Shown: positions 50,189 through 60,977 of the stretch, piece by piece
Numbering within the stretch: the first letter of the stretch is position 1
Layout: the number at the start of each line of letters is the position of its first letter
NCBI GenBank assembly: GCA_963666425.2
Contig: OY762825.2
Location: 2,016,001-2,080,000 of the forward strand
Length of the DNA: 64,000 bases
From: Bacillota bacterium
Lineage (GTDB): Bacteria > Bacillota > JAAYKD01
Direction of reading: 5' to 3'
The notes under the pieces: model-generated
Told to the model about the DNA's origin: nothing
Seen by the model: the letters and a program-made list of their open reading frames with translations, nothing else
The model's database searches: none
Program-made: the position numbers and the translations under genes

Positions 50189-51682
50189 ATGGACAAGGAA
50201 GTCACGTTAAAACAGTTCCATGAATATCAAAACAGAATGGCAGCCTTCCGTTTTGCTATGTTCCACATCAGTTGGGATGCTTCCACGGCAGCGCCGCCGA
50301 TGTCGGCAGCTTACCGCGGCAAGATGCTGGGTATTTTAAGCAAAGATAATTTTTCCATGCAGCGCGACCCCAAGAATATCGCCATGCTGGAAGCCGTCAG
50401 CCAAATGACGGAGATCGATCCGCTTGATCAATTTGCCGCCGCCAAAATGCTGAAAGAGATCAACAAGAACGCCAAGATCCCACAGGAGGAAATGGTCGCC
50501 CGTCAGCAGGACAATGCCATGGCCAAAAAGGTCTGGGAAGAAGCCAAAAAGAAAAACGATTTTGCCATGTTTGCACCATATCTTGCCAAAAACATTGAGC
50601 ACAATAAGATTTCTGCCGAATACCGCGGCTATGTCGGACATCCTTATAACACGCTGCTGGATGATTTCGAAGAAGGCATGAACATGGAGCGCTATGATGC
50701 TTTCTTTGGTCTGCTGCGCGCGGAGTTGGTCCCTTTTACCAAGAAGATTCAGGCAGAAGGCAAAAAAATCGACGACAGTGCGTTGTATCAATATTATTCC
50801 AAAGCCGATCAGCGCAAGTTTTTGGAATATCTCGCCGGCGTCTTGCGTTATGATTTAAACCGCGGTGTGATCAGCGAATCCGCTCATCCGTTCACCAGCG
50901 GCGCTTCCTATAACGACATGCGCGTGACCGCCCGCTACCTGGAGCATTATCTGCCGGCTTCTGTTTTCTTGGGAATGCACGAGATGGGCCATGCCATTCA
51001 CTCGCAGCAAGGCGATCCCGCTCAGGAAGGCCGCATGATCGGTGGTGCCGGCATGGGTATCGGCGAATCACAGTCGCGTTTCTATGAAAACTATATCGGC
51101 CGCAGTCACGCCTTCTGGCAGCGTCATTTCTATAAGCTGCAGAACATTTTCCCGCAGCAGCTGGCCGCTTACGATCCGGAATCCTTCTACCAGATGGCAA
51201 ACCGCACCAAACCGGGCCTGATCCGTCTCGATGCGGATGAGCTGACTTATCCGATGCACATCATGGTTCGTTATGAACTGGAACGTCAAATCATGTCCGG
51301 TGAGATTGAGATCATGCAGCTGCCCAAGCTGTGGAACGACAAGATGGAGGAATACCTTGGCGTGCGTCCGCAGAACGACAGCGAAGGCATCCTGCAGGAT
51401 ACCCATTGGGCCAACGGTTCCTTTGGTTATTTCCCCACCTACGCACTGGGCACCGCTTACGGCGCCCAATTCTTCCATGCGCTCTGCCAGGAAGTGGATG
51501 TGGAAAAAGAAATCGCCAACGACCGCATGCAGACGATCAACGCCTGGCTGCGGGAAAAGATTCATCGCCATGGCGGCTTATTGACGCCGGATGAATTGAT
51601 GATCAATGCCAGCGGCGAATCCTTTGATCCGCATTATTTTGTCAACTACCTGAAAGAAAAATACAGCAAGATCTATTTCTAG
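50189..51682 (+). CDS. Carboxypeptidase M32 (paralog 2)
   Basis: Same M32 motifs; GAGGTG RBS before ATG 50189. Confidence 0.93.
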   Translation: MDKEVTLKQFHEYQNRMAAFRFAMFHISWDASTAAPPMSAAYRGKMLGILSKDNFSMQRDPKNIAMLEAVSQMTEIDPLDQFAAAKMLKEINKNAKIPQEEMVARQQDNAMAKKVWEEAKKKNDFAMFAPYLAKNIEHNKISAEYRGYVGHPYNTLLDDFEEGMNMERYDAFFGLLRAELVPFTKKIQAEGKKIDDSALYQYYSKADQRKFLEYLAGVLRYDLNRGVISESAHPFTSGASYNDMRVTARYLEHYLPASVFLGMHEMGHAIHSQQGDPAQEGRMIGGAGMGIGESQSRFYENYIGRSHAFWQRHFYKLQNIFPQQLAAYDPESFYQMANRTKPGLIRLDADELTYPMHIMVRYELERQIMSGEIEIMQLPKLWNDKMEEYLGVRPQNDSEGILQDTHWANGSFGYFPTYALGTAYGAQFFHALCQEVDVEKEIANDRMQTINAWLREKIHRHGGLLTPDELMINASGESFDPHYFVNYLKEKYSKIYF

Positions 51683-51697
51683 GCTGTTATCACAACG

Positions 51698-51730
51698 AAG
51701 GGGATGCGAGACGATTGCGTCCCCTTTTTG
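51698..51730 (+). terminator. Intrinsic terminator
   Basis: aaggggatgc / gcgtcccctt plus T-tract. Confidence 0.65.
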
Positions 51731-51770
51731 GCAACAAAACAAGAGTGCAGCAAGCAAAAGGAGGTCAATT

Positions 51771-52883
51771 ATGGAAACAAGACCTTATCTTTCCTGGCAG
51801 TTGGTCGGTGATTTTATGACGGCGGCCTTGATCAAAGTGGGCGTGCCGCCGGCGGACGCTTTGATTTGCGCCGATGTTTTAATGGAAAGCGATCGGCGCG
51901 GCATTGAGAGTCATGGCTGCAATCGTTTTAAACCGATCTATATTGACCGCATTCAAGCCGGAATTCAGCAGCCGGTAACAGAGTTCGAAGTAATCCGCGA
52001 AACCGCCACAACGGCTGTGGTGGACGGACACGACGGCATGGGCATGGTCGTTGCGGTCAAAGCCATGCAGATGGCGATTGATAAAGCCAAAGCCTACGGC
52101 ATGGGTATGGTGGCGGCGCGCAATTCCACCCATTACGGCATCGCCGGTTATTATGCCACCATGGCCACCAGGCAGAATATGATCGGTCTGACCGGGACCA
52201 ATGCCAGACCCTCCATTGCTCCTACCTTTGGCGTGGAAAATATGCTGGGCACCAATCCCCTGACCTTTGGCCTGCCGACGGATGAAGAATTTCCTTTCGT
52301 GCTGGACTGCGCCACCAGTATCATTCAGCGCGGCAAGATTGAATATTACGCCAGAGCCGGTCTGGAGACGCCGGCCGGTACGGTAATCGGGCGGGATGGT
52401 TCCACACAGACCGACAGCAAGCAAATTTTACTGGATTTGGTCAGCGGCAGCGCTGCCCTGACACCGCTGGGTGGCATTGGCGAGACGCTGGCCGGTTATA
52501 AAGGTTATGGTTATGCCACGGTGGTGGAGATTCTCTCGGCGGCGCTGCAGGCGGGCAGTTACATGCGCATGCTGACCGGTTTGGGAGCAGGGGGAGAGAA
52601 AGTGCCCTACCATTTAGGCCATTTCTTTTTGGCGATTGATCCGGAAGCTTTTATGGGTGCGGAGAGTTTCAAGCACACGGCTGGAGCAATTTTAAGAGAA
52701 CTGCGCAGTTCAACCAGAGCGCCCGGGCAGGAACGAATCTACACCGCCGGAGAAAAGGAATATTTGATTTGGCTGCAGCGCAAAAGCAAAGGTGTGCCGA
52801 TTGGAAGTGCGGTGCAGCAGGAATTTATCCAGATCCGTGACCAATTGCAGTTGCCCTTCACCTTTCCATTTGAAGCGGCTTAG
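51771..52883 (+). CDS. Ldh_2 family (malate/L-lactate dehydrogenase-like) oxidoreductase
   Basis: GIESHG, NSTHYGIAG, GTNP, GYKGYG. Confidence 0.92.
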   Translation: METRPYLSWQLVGDFMTAALIKVGVPPADALICADVLMESDRRGIESHGCNRFKPIYIDRIQAGIQQPVTEFEVIRETATTAVVDGHDGMGMVVAVKAMQMAIDKAKAYGMGMVAARNSTHYGIAGYYATMATRQNMIGLTGTNARPSIAPTFGVENMLGTNPLTFGLPTDEEFPFVLDCATSIIQRGKIEYYARAGLETPAGTVIGRDGSTQTDSKQILLDLVSGSAALTPLGGIGETLAGYKGYGYATVVEILSAALQAGSYMRMLTGLGAGGEKVPYHLGHFFLAIDPEAFMGAESFKHTAGAILRELRSSTRAPGQERIYTAGEKEYLIWLQRKSKGVPIGSAVQQEFIQIRDQLQLPFTFPFEAA

Positions 52884-52928
52884 CAAGGTTTAATCAAGAT
52901 TTAGCTTTTTAGGGGGTTAGAAAGAAGA

Positions 52929-53942
52929 ATGCCAGAGAAAAAAGTGCTTGAGGTGACACGCGTTGGTTTCCCCGGCTACACCGGCGATCAGCGGGCGCCG
53001 GAAAGTTTGCCGTTTCCGGCCTGCATGACCTCCCTGATGGAACACTTAGGAGAAGATTATCCGCTGAAAATCAGCTATTCGGAAGGCCGCCGTTACATCA
53101 AACGCAGCGGCTATCAGCAATTTATTACCGTCAGCGGCATGACGTTTCAATTGCTCTGGCACGAAACACTCTGCCCGAGCAGTTTCGATTTGACCATCGG
53201 TATTGAAGCGGTCGGCCGTGCCTTTGCCTGGGCAGGTTACGATTATCGGATTGTACGGCCCGATCAGACGAGCTACGAAGCAATGAAAGCCGAGATCGTG
53301 GCCTCGATTGACCGCAACAAACCGGTGCTGGCCTTTGGCGTCATCGGACCGCCGGAGTGCAGTCTGATCGCCGGCTATGATCAGGCGGGGGAAGTACTGC
53401 TGGGCTGGAGCCATTTCCAGGTGATCGCTCCCTCTGAAGAAGAGCCGAACGGCATGTTTCGCCAGGCGGATTGGCAGAAGAACCTCTATTTTCTCGTGTT
53501 TCCGGGCGAGAAAACCGCACGCCGGCTCAAGCTATCCGACGTATTGGCTTACGGTTTGTCGATCCTGGAGCAGAGAAAAGTCGAAGATTACCTAGCGGGG
53601 CAGGCGGCTTATGACGCCTGGATCGACTTGATTGCGACGGCTGCGGACTTTGACGATGCCTCTCTGAAAATGCGTTATCAGTTTCAGCGCAATCTCTTGT
53701 TCAGCAATGCCGAAGCGCGCAGCTGGGCGGCTGATTTTCTGCGGGAGAACGGGATCAAAGATGTGGCCGGCTGCTTTGTCAAAATCCGCAACCGCAGCCG
53801 CAAGGCGGATGCCGTGCTGCGCGAAAAAGGCTGGCAAGGCTTGCGTGAACCGAAAAACAGAAGAGCGATCACAGAATTGTTAAGAGAAATGCAGGCGCTG
53901 GACCGGCAGGCGATCACAGCCCTGTGCCGTTACAAAGAATAA
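52929..53942 (+). CDS. Hypothetical protein
   Basis: 337-aa ORF; SIDRNKPVLAFG..IAGYD suggests a papain-like fold, not confidently assigned. Confidence 0.65.
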   Translation: MPEKKVLEVTRVGFPGYTGDQRAPESLPFPACMTSLMEHLGEDYPLKISYSEGRRYIKRSGYQQFITVSGMTFQLLWHETLCPSSFDLTIGIEAVGRAFAWAGYDYRIVRPDQTSYEAMKAEIVASIDRNKPVLAFGVIGPPECSLIAGYDQAGEVLLGWSHFQVIAPSEEEPNGMFRQADWQKNLYFLVFPGEKTARRLKLSDVLAYGLSILEQRKVEDYLAGQAAYDAWIDLIATAADFDDASLKMRYQFQRNLLFSNAEARSWAADFLRENGIKDVAGCFVKIRNRSRKADAVLREKGWQGLREPKNRRAITELLREMQALDRQAITALCRYKE

Positions 53943-53961
53943 ATAGCAGAGAATTTTCTGC

Positions 53962-53990
53962 TTGACAAAGCGATGCTGTCGGCTTATAAT
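53962..53990 (+). promoter_or_regulatory. Sigma-A promoter
   Basis: TTGACA-17 bp-TATAAT consensus. Confidence 0.9.
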
Positions 53991-54002
53991 CTCAAACATA
54001 AA

Positions 54003-54275
54003 CCATTGAACAAGACGAGTAGGTAAAGCAGCCTGTTAACAGAGAGCCGCCGATGGTGCGAGTGCGGTAACATCAGCTTTAGTGAATGGACTTGTGAGGG
54101 CAGCCCGAAATTTTTTAGAAAAGTAGGCGCTGACGGCTTCTTCCGCCGTTATCCAGGGAAGCGCATATGATGGTATGCGAAAGAGTGGGCGGCAGTTTGC
54201 CGTCAAATTGGGTGGTACCGCAGAAGCTTTTATAAGCCTTTGTCCCTTTTATTGAGGAGACAAAGGCCTTTTTTG
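54003..54275 (+). ncRNA. Trp T-box riboswitch
   Basis: AGAGA box, specifier GAA-TGG at 54084-54089, T-box AATTGGGTGGTACCGC at 54206, terminator gcctttgtc / gacaaaggc plus T-tract. Confidence 0.93.
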
Positions 54276-54404
54276 TGTACCCGAAGAGACGGTTTGCAGG
54301 AGAAAAAAGTAAGCGCTTGCTTTTAATTCGGCATCGGATCTGCTGCTAATCAGGAAAAAATAAGAATAATAGAAAGGAACGTTTCATGCCATCAATGAAA
54401 TAGG

Positions 54405-55643
54405 GTGATTACCATGAATGAAACCAAGGAAAATCTCCAGTCTGGTCAAAATTCTCTCTCCGCAGGCTTTTTCGGTCAATTTGGCGGGCAGTTTATCCCG
54501 CCGGAATTACAGCCGACCGTAGAGGAAGTGGATTTGGCATGGCAAAAATTCCGGCATGATCCGGAGTTTCAAGCAGAATTTTTACATCTCTGCAAGACTT
54601 ACACGGGACGTCCTTCTCTGCTTTATTATGCGGAAAATCTCAGCCGCGAATTGGGCGGCGCTAAAATCTATTTAAAACGCGAAGATTTGAATCACACCGG
54701 CGCCCATAAAATCAACAATGCGCTGGGACAAGCCTTGTTAGCCAAACGCATGGGCAAGACGCATCTGATTGCCGAAACCGGCGCCGGTCAGCATGGCGTT
54801 GCCACGGCCACTGTGGCTGCTTTAATGGGCTTCAGTTGCGATATTTATATGGGTGAGGAAGATACCAAACGTCAGGCGCTGAATGTCTACCGCATGGAAT
54901 TACTGGGCGCGACGGTGCACGCCGTCACCAGCGGCACACGCACGTTAAAAGACGCCGTGGATGCGGCACTGTTGGCCTGGATGCAGCGTCATGATGATAC
55001 TTATTACTTGCTGGGTTCGGCTGTGGGGCCGCATCCTTTTCCGGAAATGGTGCGTGAGTTTCAGAGCATCATCGGCCGGGAAGCCAAAGAGCAGATTCTG
55101 GCAGCGGAAGGGAAACTGCCGGCAGCCGTGATTGCCTGTGTGGGCGGCGGCAGCAATGCCATTGGCTTGTTCCATGAATTCGCTTGCGAAAAGCAAGTTC
55201 GCTTGATCGGCTGTGAAGCCGCCGGCAGAGGACTAGATACACCGGATCACGCCGCAACGCTGACCTTGGGTCGGGTGGGAACCTTCCATGGCATGAAATC
55301 CTATTTCAACCAGACAGCGGAAAACGAATTGGCCCCGGTCTATTCCATTTCCGCCGGTTTGGACTACCCGGGCGTCGGGCCGGAACACGCGTTTCTGCGG
55401 GACAGCGGCAGAGCGGAATACACCGCAGTGACCGATGACCAGGCGGTGCATGCTTTTGAGGTGCTTTCCCGCAGTGAGGGGATCATCCCGGCCATCGAAA
55501 GTGCGCATGCGGTGGCGTTTGCCCTAGAGTTTGCCGGCACCTTGCCGAAAGAGGACTGCATCATCATCAATCTTTCGGGCAGAGGGGATAAAGACGTAGC
55601 GGCGATTGCACGCTATACAAGACAGATGGATTTAGAGGAGTAG
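54405..55643 (+). CDS. trpB: Tryptophan synthase beta chain
   Basis: [50 protein letters not shown]. Confidence 0.97.
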   Translation: MITMNETKENLQSGQNSLSAGFFGQFGGQFIPPELQPTVEEVDLAWQKFRHDPEFQAEFLHLCKTYTGRPSLLYYAENLSRELGGAKIYLKREDLNHTGAHKINNALGQALLAKRMGKTHLIAETGAGQHGVATATVAALMGFSCDIYMGEEDTKRQALNVYRMELLGATVHAVTSGTRTLKDAVDAALLAWMQRHDDTYYLLGSAVGPHPFPEMVREFQSIIGREAKEQILAAEGKLPAAVIACVGGGSNAIGLFHEFACEKQVRLIGCEAAGRGLDTPDHAATLTLGRVGTFHGMKSYFNQTAENELAPVYSISAGLDYPGVGPEHAFLRDSGRAEYTAVTDDQAVHAFEVLSRSEGIIPAIESAHAVAFALEFAGTLPKEDCIIINLSGRGDKDVAAIARYTRQMDLEE

Positions 55644-55679
55644 AAGAGCATTTTAGATTATGCCGATTGTTGATTTTCC

Positions 55680-57048
55680 GAACTCCGCTCGTATCATAGG
55701 ATTCGCAAGTGGTATTTGGAGATGCAGCACTCTTTGTATTCCTAACCCCACCCGTATCATATGTTTCGTAAGTTACATTTGGTGATGCAGCACTCTTTGT
55801 AGGGAACGGTCTTGACCGTTCCGCGTTCTTTCGTACTTCCAACTCCGCCCATATCAATAGGATTCGTGAGCTGCATTTGGAGACGCAGCACTCTTTGTAG
55901 GGAGCGCGTCTTGACCGCTCCGCGTCCTTTCGTACTCCCAACCCCGCTCGTATCATATGTTTCGCAAGTTGCATTTGGTGACGCAGTAATCTCTGTATTT
56001 CCAACCCCGTCTGTATCATATGTTTCGTAAGTTGTATTTGGAGACGCAGCACTCTTTGTAGGGAGCGCGTCTTGACCGTTCCGCGTCCTTTCGTACTTGC
56101 GTCTTGTGTAATTGAATATTCATATGTAAACTGTGACGTTCGGAACGGTCAAGACCGTTCCCTACAGATACTCAGCATCGTTTGTAACTACATATCCGTT
56201 GTGGATTGTGACGTTCGGAATGGTCAAGACCATTCCCTACAGATACTCCACATCGTTTGTAATTACATCTTCGTTGAAAAAAGGTGGCGTTTGGAGGAGC
56301 TTGACCCTTCCAACCACCACCTTCGTCAGTTATTTTTTTAAGCCCGCTCGTATCATATGTTTCGTAAGTTGTATTTGGAGACGCAACACTCTTTGTAGGG
56401 AACGGTCTTGACCGTTCCGCGTTCTCCGTATTTGTGTCTTGTGTAATTACATATTCGTTGTGGATTGTGACGTTCGGAAAGGTCAAGACCATTCCCTACA
56501 GATACTCCACATTGGTTGTAACTAAATATCCGTTGTGGATTGTGACGTTCGGAACGGTCAAGACCGTTCCCTACAGATACTCCGCATCGTTTGTAACTAA
56601 ATATCCGTTGTGGATTGTGATGTTCGGAATGGTCAAGACCATTCCCTACAAATACTCCGCATTGGTTGTAACTAAATATTCGTTGTAAACTGGGACGTTC
56701 GGAACGGTCAAGACCGTTCCCTACAGATACTCCGCATCGTTTGTAATTACATCTTCGTTGAAAAAAGGTGGTGGATGGAGGAGTTTGACCCTTCCAACCA
56801 CCACCTTCGTCAGTTATTTTTTTTAGCCCACTCGTATCATATATTTCGCAAGTCACATTTGGTGACGCAGCAATCTCTGTATTTCCAACCCCGTCTGTAT
56901 CATATGTTTCGTAAGTTGTATTTGGAGACGCAACACTCTTTGTAGGGAACGCGTCTTGACCGTTCCGCGTCCTTTCGTACTTGTGTCTTGTGTAATTGAA
57001 TATCCGTTGTAAACTGTGACGTTCGGAATGGTCAAGACCATTCCCTAC
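55680..57048. repeat. Mosaic of 12 GTAG-type REP hairpins and 60/75-bp spacer repeats (BIME/REPIN-like)
   Basis: GTAGGGAACGGTCTTGACCGTTCCG at 55799, 55897, 56058, 56395, 56942 and inverted at 56141, 56216, 56475, 56550, 56625, 56700, 57024. Confidence 0.88.
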
Positions 57049-57122
57049 AACCACCGCGCTAAGGGAATTTAAAAATTCTATATAATGGTGCATCGCACCC
57101 CCACAACCCTGACGCCAGCTTT

Positions 57123-57752
57123 TTAATAAGTAAAGTAGACGCCTGCCTGACCGACCGCACCTGAATGACAGTCGTTGATTTCCAGCAGGAGGTAGTAAGT
57201 TGCATCGGGCAGCAGGGCAACACCATCCGGCCGGGCGATTTGGATCAAAAAGGCATCCATCGCCGCCTGATCCGCTTTGATATACTCGCTTACTCGATTA
57301 CAGTGCAGCAAAGGGCAGGCGACCCCATTCACCCAGGCCTTGATCTGCGCTGCTTCCAGATCCGGGCAAAGGTTATTTTCCTTGGCCAGAACTTTTTCTA
57401 AGCTCATGGGACGAAAATAAAGGGTGAGAGCGGGACTTGCTCCGCGGATTGAAAAACAATGCAGACCATAGATTTCCAATTTGTCGATGACAGCATCCAA
57501 GCATAGATCCGTCCGAAGCGGCAGGTCCTGGCACCAGAATTCCAGGTTGTTGACCGCATAGTCCTTACAGGCAAAAAAGAAAGGGTAAACGCCTGCTTGC
57601 ACCGGCAGTGCGTAATTTCCGTTTGCATCGGTCAGACCGCTATAAAGGGTTTCAAAATGACGATCGAGCAAGCGGACTTCCGCTTCTGCGATCGGATTTC
57701 CAGTTTTATCTTTGACTGTCCCCTGCAGCGTATAGGTATCCGGCATTTCCAT
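57123..57752 (-). CDS. Carboxypeptidase-regulatory-like domain protein
   Basis: GTVKDKTGNPIAEAEV...TDANGNY. Confidence 0.75.
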   Translation of the reverse strand: MEMPDTYTLQGTVKDKTGNPIAEAEVRLLDRHFETLYSGLTDANGNYALPVQAGVYPFFFACKDYAVNNLEFWCQDLPLRTDLCLDAVIDKLEIYGLHCFSIRGASPALTLYFRPMSLEKVLAKENNLCPDLEAAQIKAWVNGVACPLLHCNRVSEYIKADQAAMDAFLIQIARPDGVALLPDATYYLLLEINDCHSGAVGQAGVYFTY

Positions 57753-58068
57753 CCACTCTTTTCTTTTTTTCTTATTATAGCCGCAGCAGTGAGAGATAGC
57801 AAGAGATGAGAGTATTGCCAGAAAATAGGTTTTAAAATAAGCAGCCAGTGGCTTTTTTTTACTATTACCGGCAGCGTGCGGCGGAGATTCAGGCTTATTT
57901 ACTAATTCACTGGATATGTTTTAGTAATGTCCTATTTAGTAGTTTTATGCTTGCAATTTCTTTTTTACAGTGGTATAATGAGCAAAGTTTGCAATATTCC
58001 GCAAAAATACGGGAGAATTTGCAGTTAGTCAATGGCTTTATACCTATTTTTAAAGGAGGATTTTTGCT

Positions 58069-59073
58069 ATGGATATCGGCGAGAAGTTTGCTGCCCTTTC
58101 CAGCATGATCGGCAATACGCCGCTGCTGGAGATTTCTTTGAAGTATAAAGGTGAACTCAGAAAAATCTATGTCAAAGCCGAATATTACAACCTGACCGGC
58201 AGCATCAAGGACCGCATCGCGCTGCATTGTATGCGCAAAGCGTATGCCAAAGGGACGGTCAAACCGGGTGACACCATCGCTGAAGCAACCAGTGGCAATA
58301 CCGGGATCGCTTTTTCCGCAGTCTGCAGTTATTTGGGGCATAAAGTGATCATTTACATGCCGGACTGGATGAGCAGCGAACGGAAAAATCTGATTCGCAG
58401 CTATGGAGCGGAGATCCGTTTGGTTAGCAAAGAGGAAGGCGGTTTCGTGGGAAGCATTACCAAAACCGAAGAGCTCGCCAAAGAAGGCGGTATTTTCCTG
58501 CCTTGCCAATTCTCCAATGAAGATAATATCGAAGCACATTTTACTTCCACCGGGCCTGAAATTGTCAAGCAACTCGAGAAGTTCGGTTTGATACCGGACG
58601 CGATTGTGGCCGGTGTCGGCACCGGCGGTACTGTGATGGGCATCGGTAATTTTATCAAATGCGTCAATCCCAACGCCAAAGTCTATCCTTTGGAGCCGGA
58701 GAGTTCTCCCACCATGAGCACCGGATATCGGGTAGGCAAACACCGCATCGCCGGTATTTCCGATGAATTTATCCCGGCTTTGATGAAGATGGACAAAGTG
58801 GACGGCATTATTGCGGTGGATGACGGCGACTCCATCATCATGGCTCAGATGCTTTCCCGTCAGCTCGGATTGGGTGTTGGCATTTCTTCCGGTGCGAATC
58901 TCTTAGGCGCTTTGAAGGTTGGAGATCTGATCGGCGGCAATAAAACCATCGTTACCGTCTTTAGCGACGACAGCAAGAAATATCTCTCGACCGATTATGT
59001 CAAAGACGAACCGGTGAAAGCCGATTTTCTTAGCTCGCAAATTGAATTGCTTGGCTATAAATCGGTGAAGTAG
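58069..59073 (+). CDS. cysK: PLP-dependent cysteine synthase family protein
   Basis: IGNTPL, TGSIKDR, EATSGNTG, GVGTGGT, GISSGAN. Confidence 0.9.
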   Translation: MDIGEKFAALSSMIGNTPLLEISLKYKGELRKIYVKAEYYNLTGSIKDRIALHCMRKAYAKGTVKPGDTIAEATSGNTGIAFSAVCSYLGHKVIIYMPDWMSSERKNLIRSYGAEIRLVSKEEGGFVGSITKTEELAKEGGIFLPCQFSNEDNIEAHFTSTGPEIVKQLEKFGLIPDAIVAGVGTGGTVMGIGNFIKCVNPNAKVYPLEPESSPTMSTGYRVGKHRIAGISDEFIPALMKMDKVDGIIAVDDGDSIIMAQMLSRQLGLGVGISSGANLLGALKVGDLIGGNKTIVTVFSDDSKKYLSTDYVKDEPVKADFLSSQIELLGYKSVK

Positions 59074-59284
59074 CATCGTTTGCAAGCAAGGACGCAATTG
59101 CTTGCTAAAAGTGAAGTAAAACAAAACAGACTCAGAAGAACAGAGTGGCGCTGCAGAACAGCCTTACGTGGGCTGCCAACAGCGGTCAATTTGTTCCGGA
59201 GTCTGTTTTTTACTGTACGGATTTTTTGGGAGGAAAATCAAAAGCGTGTTTTCATATTCATGAAAACACGCTTGCATTTTTATA

Positions 59285-59360
59285 TGGTGGAAGTTAACGG
59301 GCTCGAACCGCTGACCCTCTGCTTGTAAGGCAGATGCTCTACCAACTGAGCTAAACTTCC
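59285..59360 (-). tRNA. tRNA-Val(TAC)
   Basis: GGAAGTTTAGCTCAGTTGGTAGAGCA..CCTTACAAG..GTTCGAGCCC..CCA. Confidence 0.97.
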
Positions 59361-59364
59361 AAAC

Positions 59365-59439
59365 TGGTGGGATACGATGGGATCGAACCATCGACACCCC
59401 GCTTAAAAGGCGGGTGCTCTACCCCTGAGCTAGTATCCC
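59365..59439 (-). tRNA. tRNA-Lys(TTT)
   Basis: GGGATACTAGCTCAGGGGTAGAGCA..CCTTTTAAG..GTTCGATCCC..CCA. Confidence 0.95.
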
Positions 59440-59459
59440 TTTTGCGACATCGCTTATCT

Positions 59460-59488
59460 ATAATACACAAATGTCGGCAGAATGTCAA
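59460..59488 (-). promoter_or_regulatory. tRNA operon promoter
   Basis: TTGACA-17 bp-TATTAT on the minus strand. Confidence 0.75.
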
Positions 59489-59558
59489 TAAAAAAGGGGT
59501 GTTGTTTTTCAAAGAATTCTGCAAATTCAGTTAATATAGGATGAATTCTCCTAATTTA

Positions 59559-60956
59559 TCAAAGAGAGCTCGATTCATCGCGTTCTGCGATGACTCTGGC
59601 CGCAATTAAGCCGGAAGCCGATGCCTGTACCAAACCGCGGGTGATGCCGGCGCCGTCGCCTACCGCAAAAAGGTTGTGAATTTGGGTTTCCAACTGATTG
59701 CTGACCTGCATGCGGTTGGAATAGAATTTTGCTTCGACGCCGTAGAGCAGGGTATGTCGGCTGTTGACGCCGGGTGCTACTTTATCCAGCGCCTCCAGCA
59801 TTTCCATGATGTCCACCAGATGACGGTAGGGCAGCACAAGGCTCAAATCGCCGGGCGTGGCTTCCGGCAGGGAGGGTGTGACCAAACCGCGTTTGATCCG
59901 TTCTTCGGTAGAACGCCGACCGGACTGCAGATCACCGAGACGCTGAACGATGACGCCGTCACCCAGCATATTTGCCAGGGCTGCGATGTTTTTACCATAG
60001 GTGATCGGTTCATTGAACGGTTGGGTGAAAGTTTTGGCGACCAGTAGGGCAAAATTGGTGTTTTCGGTTCGCTTGTCGGCGTAGCTATGACCATTGACGG
60101 TGATCAGGCCGCGCGTGTTTTCCATCACGACTTCGCCGTAGGGATTCATACAGAAGGTCCGCACCTGATCGTCGAAGGAGTGGGAATAGTAAATGAATTT
60201 CGATTCATAGATGGCATCGGTCAGGTCAGACATCACCACAGCCGGAACTTCTACCCGTACACCGATATCGACCTGATTGTTGGTGGTGGGCAGATTCAGG
60301 CGTTTTGCCTCTTCAGAAAACCATTCGTGTCCTTCGCGTCCCGGAGCCGCAATGACGAAGCGGGCAGTGATCTCGCTGCCGTCATGCAGGATGACACCGC
60401 AGATCTGGTGATCTTGCACCAGGAGTTGTTCCACCGTGGTTTCGGTCCGGATTTCCACCAATTTATCCAGAGCCTGACGCAGGTTGGTCAGAATTTCATA
60501 GTTTTTATCCGTGCCCAGATGGCGGATTTTGGCTGGGATCAGGCGCAGATCGGCAGTGGCGGCCTGACGCTGAATGGCTTTAATTTTATCCAGATCCATG
60601 CCGTAGACTTTGGAATTGCCGCCGTATTGCACGTAGATATCGTCTACCTGAGCGATGATTTCTTCCAGAGCTTTGGTGCCGATGAAATCACCCAGCCAGC
60701 CGCCGTATTCGGTGGTCAGCGTGAGTTTGCCGTCGGAGTAAGCGCCGGCACCGCCCCAACCGGAGGTAATGGAGCAGTTTTTGCAGTGAATGCAGGGGAT
60801 GTGTTTATCGTGCATCGGGCAATAGCGTTTCTGAATATCGTTGCCCTTTTCCAGAATCAGAATGCGCCAATTGGGCTTTTTACGGATCAATTCAGCGGCG
60901 GCAAAGATACCGGCGGGACCGGCTCCGATGATGATGACATCATATTGCGTAGGCAT
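59559..60956 (-). CDS. NAD(P)/FAD-dependent oxidoreductase
   Basis: IIGAGPAG, GGAGAYSDGKL, GDGAGITRG; Cys cluster C..C..C. Confidence 0.9.
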   Translation of the reverse strand: MPTQYDVIIIGAGPAGIFAAAELIRKKPNWRILILEKGNDIQKRYCPMHDKHIPCIHCKNCSITSGWGGAGAYSDGKLTLTTEYGGWLGDFIGTKALEEIIAQVDDIYVQYGGNSKVYGMDLDKIKAIQRQAATADLRLIPAKIRHLGTDKNYEILTNLRQALDKLVEIRTETTVEQLLVQDHQICGVILHDGSEITARFVIAAPGREGHEWFSEEAKRLNLPTTNNQVDIGVRVEVPAVVMSDLTDAIYESKFIYYSHSFDDQVRTFCMNPYGEVVMENTRGLITVNGHSYADKRTENTNFALLVAKTFTQPFNEPITYGKNIAALANMLGDGVIVQRLGDLQSGRRSTEERIKRGLVTPSLPEATPGDLSLVLPYRHLVDIMEMLEALDKVAPGVNSRHTLLYGVEAKFYSNRMQVSNQLETQIHNLFAVGDGAGITRGLVQASASGLIAARVIAERDESSSL

Positions 60957-60977
60957 GGTTTTAATGGTCTCCTTTAC

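Noticed and set aside
55680-57048. CRISPR array
   Set aside because: Spacers are themselves repeated, repeats occur in both orientations and no cas genes are present; fits REP mosaic
55567-57093. ORFs of 62-246 aa in the repeat region
   Set aside because: Translations of repeats on both strands with no protein motifs
59285-59439. tRNA as integration site of the island
   Set aside because: No integrase and no duplicated tRNA 3' end seen in the window
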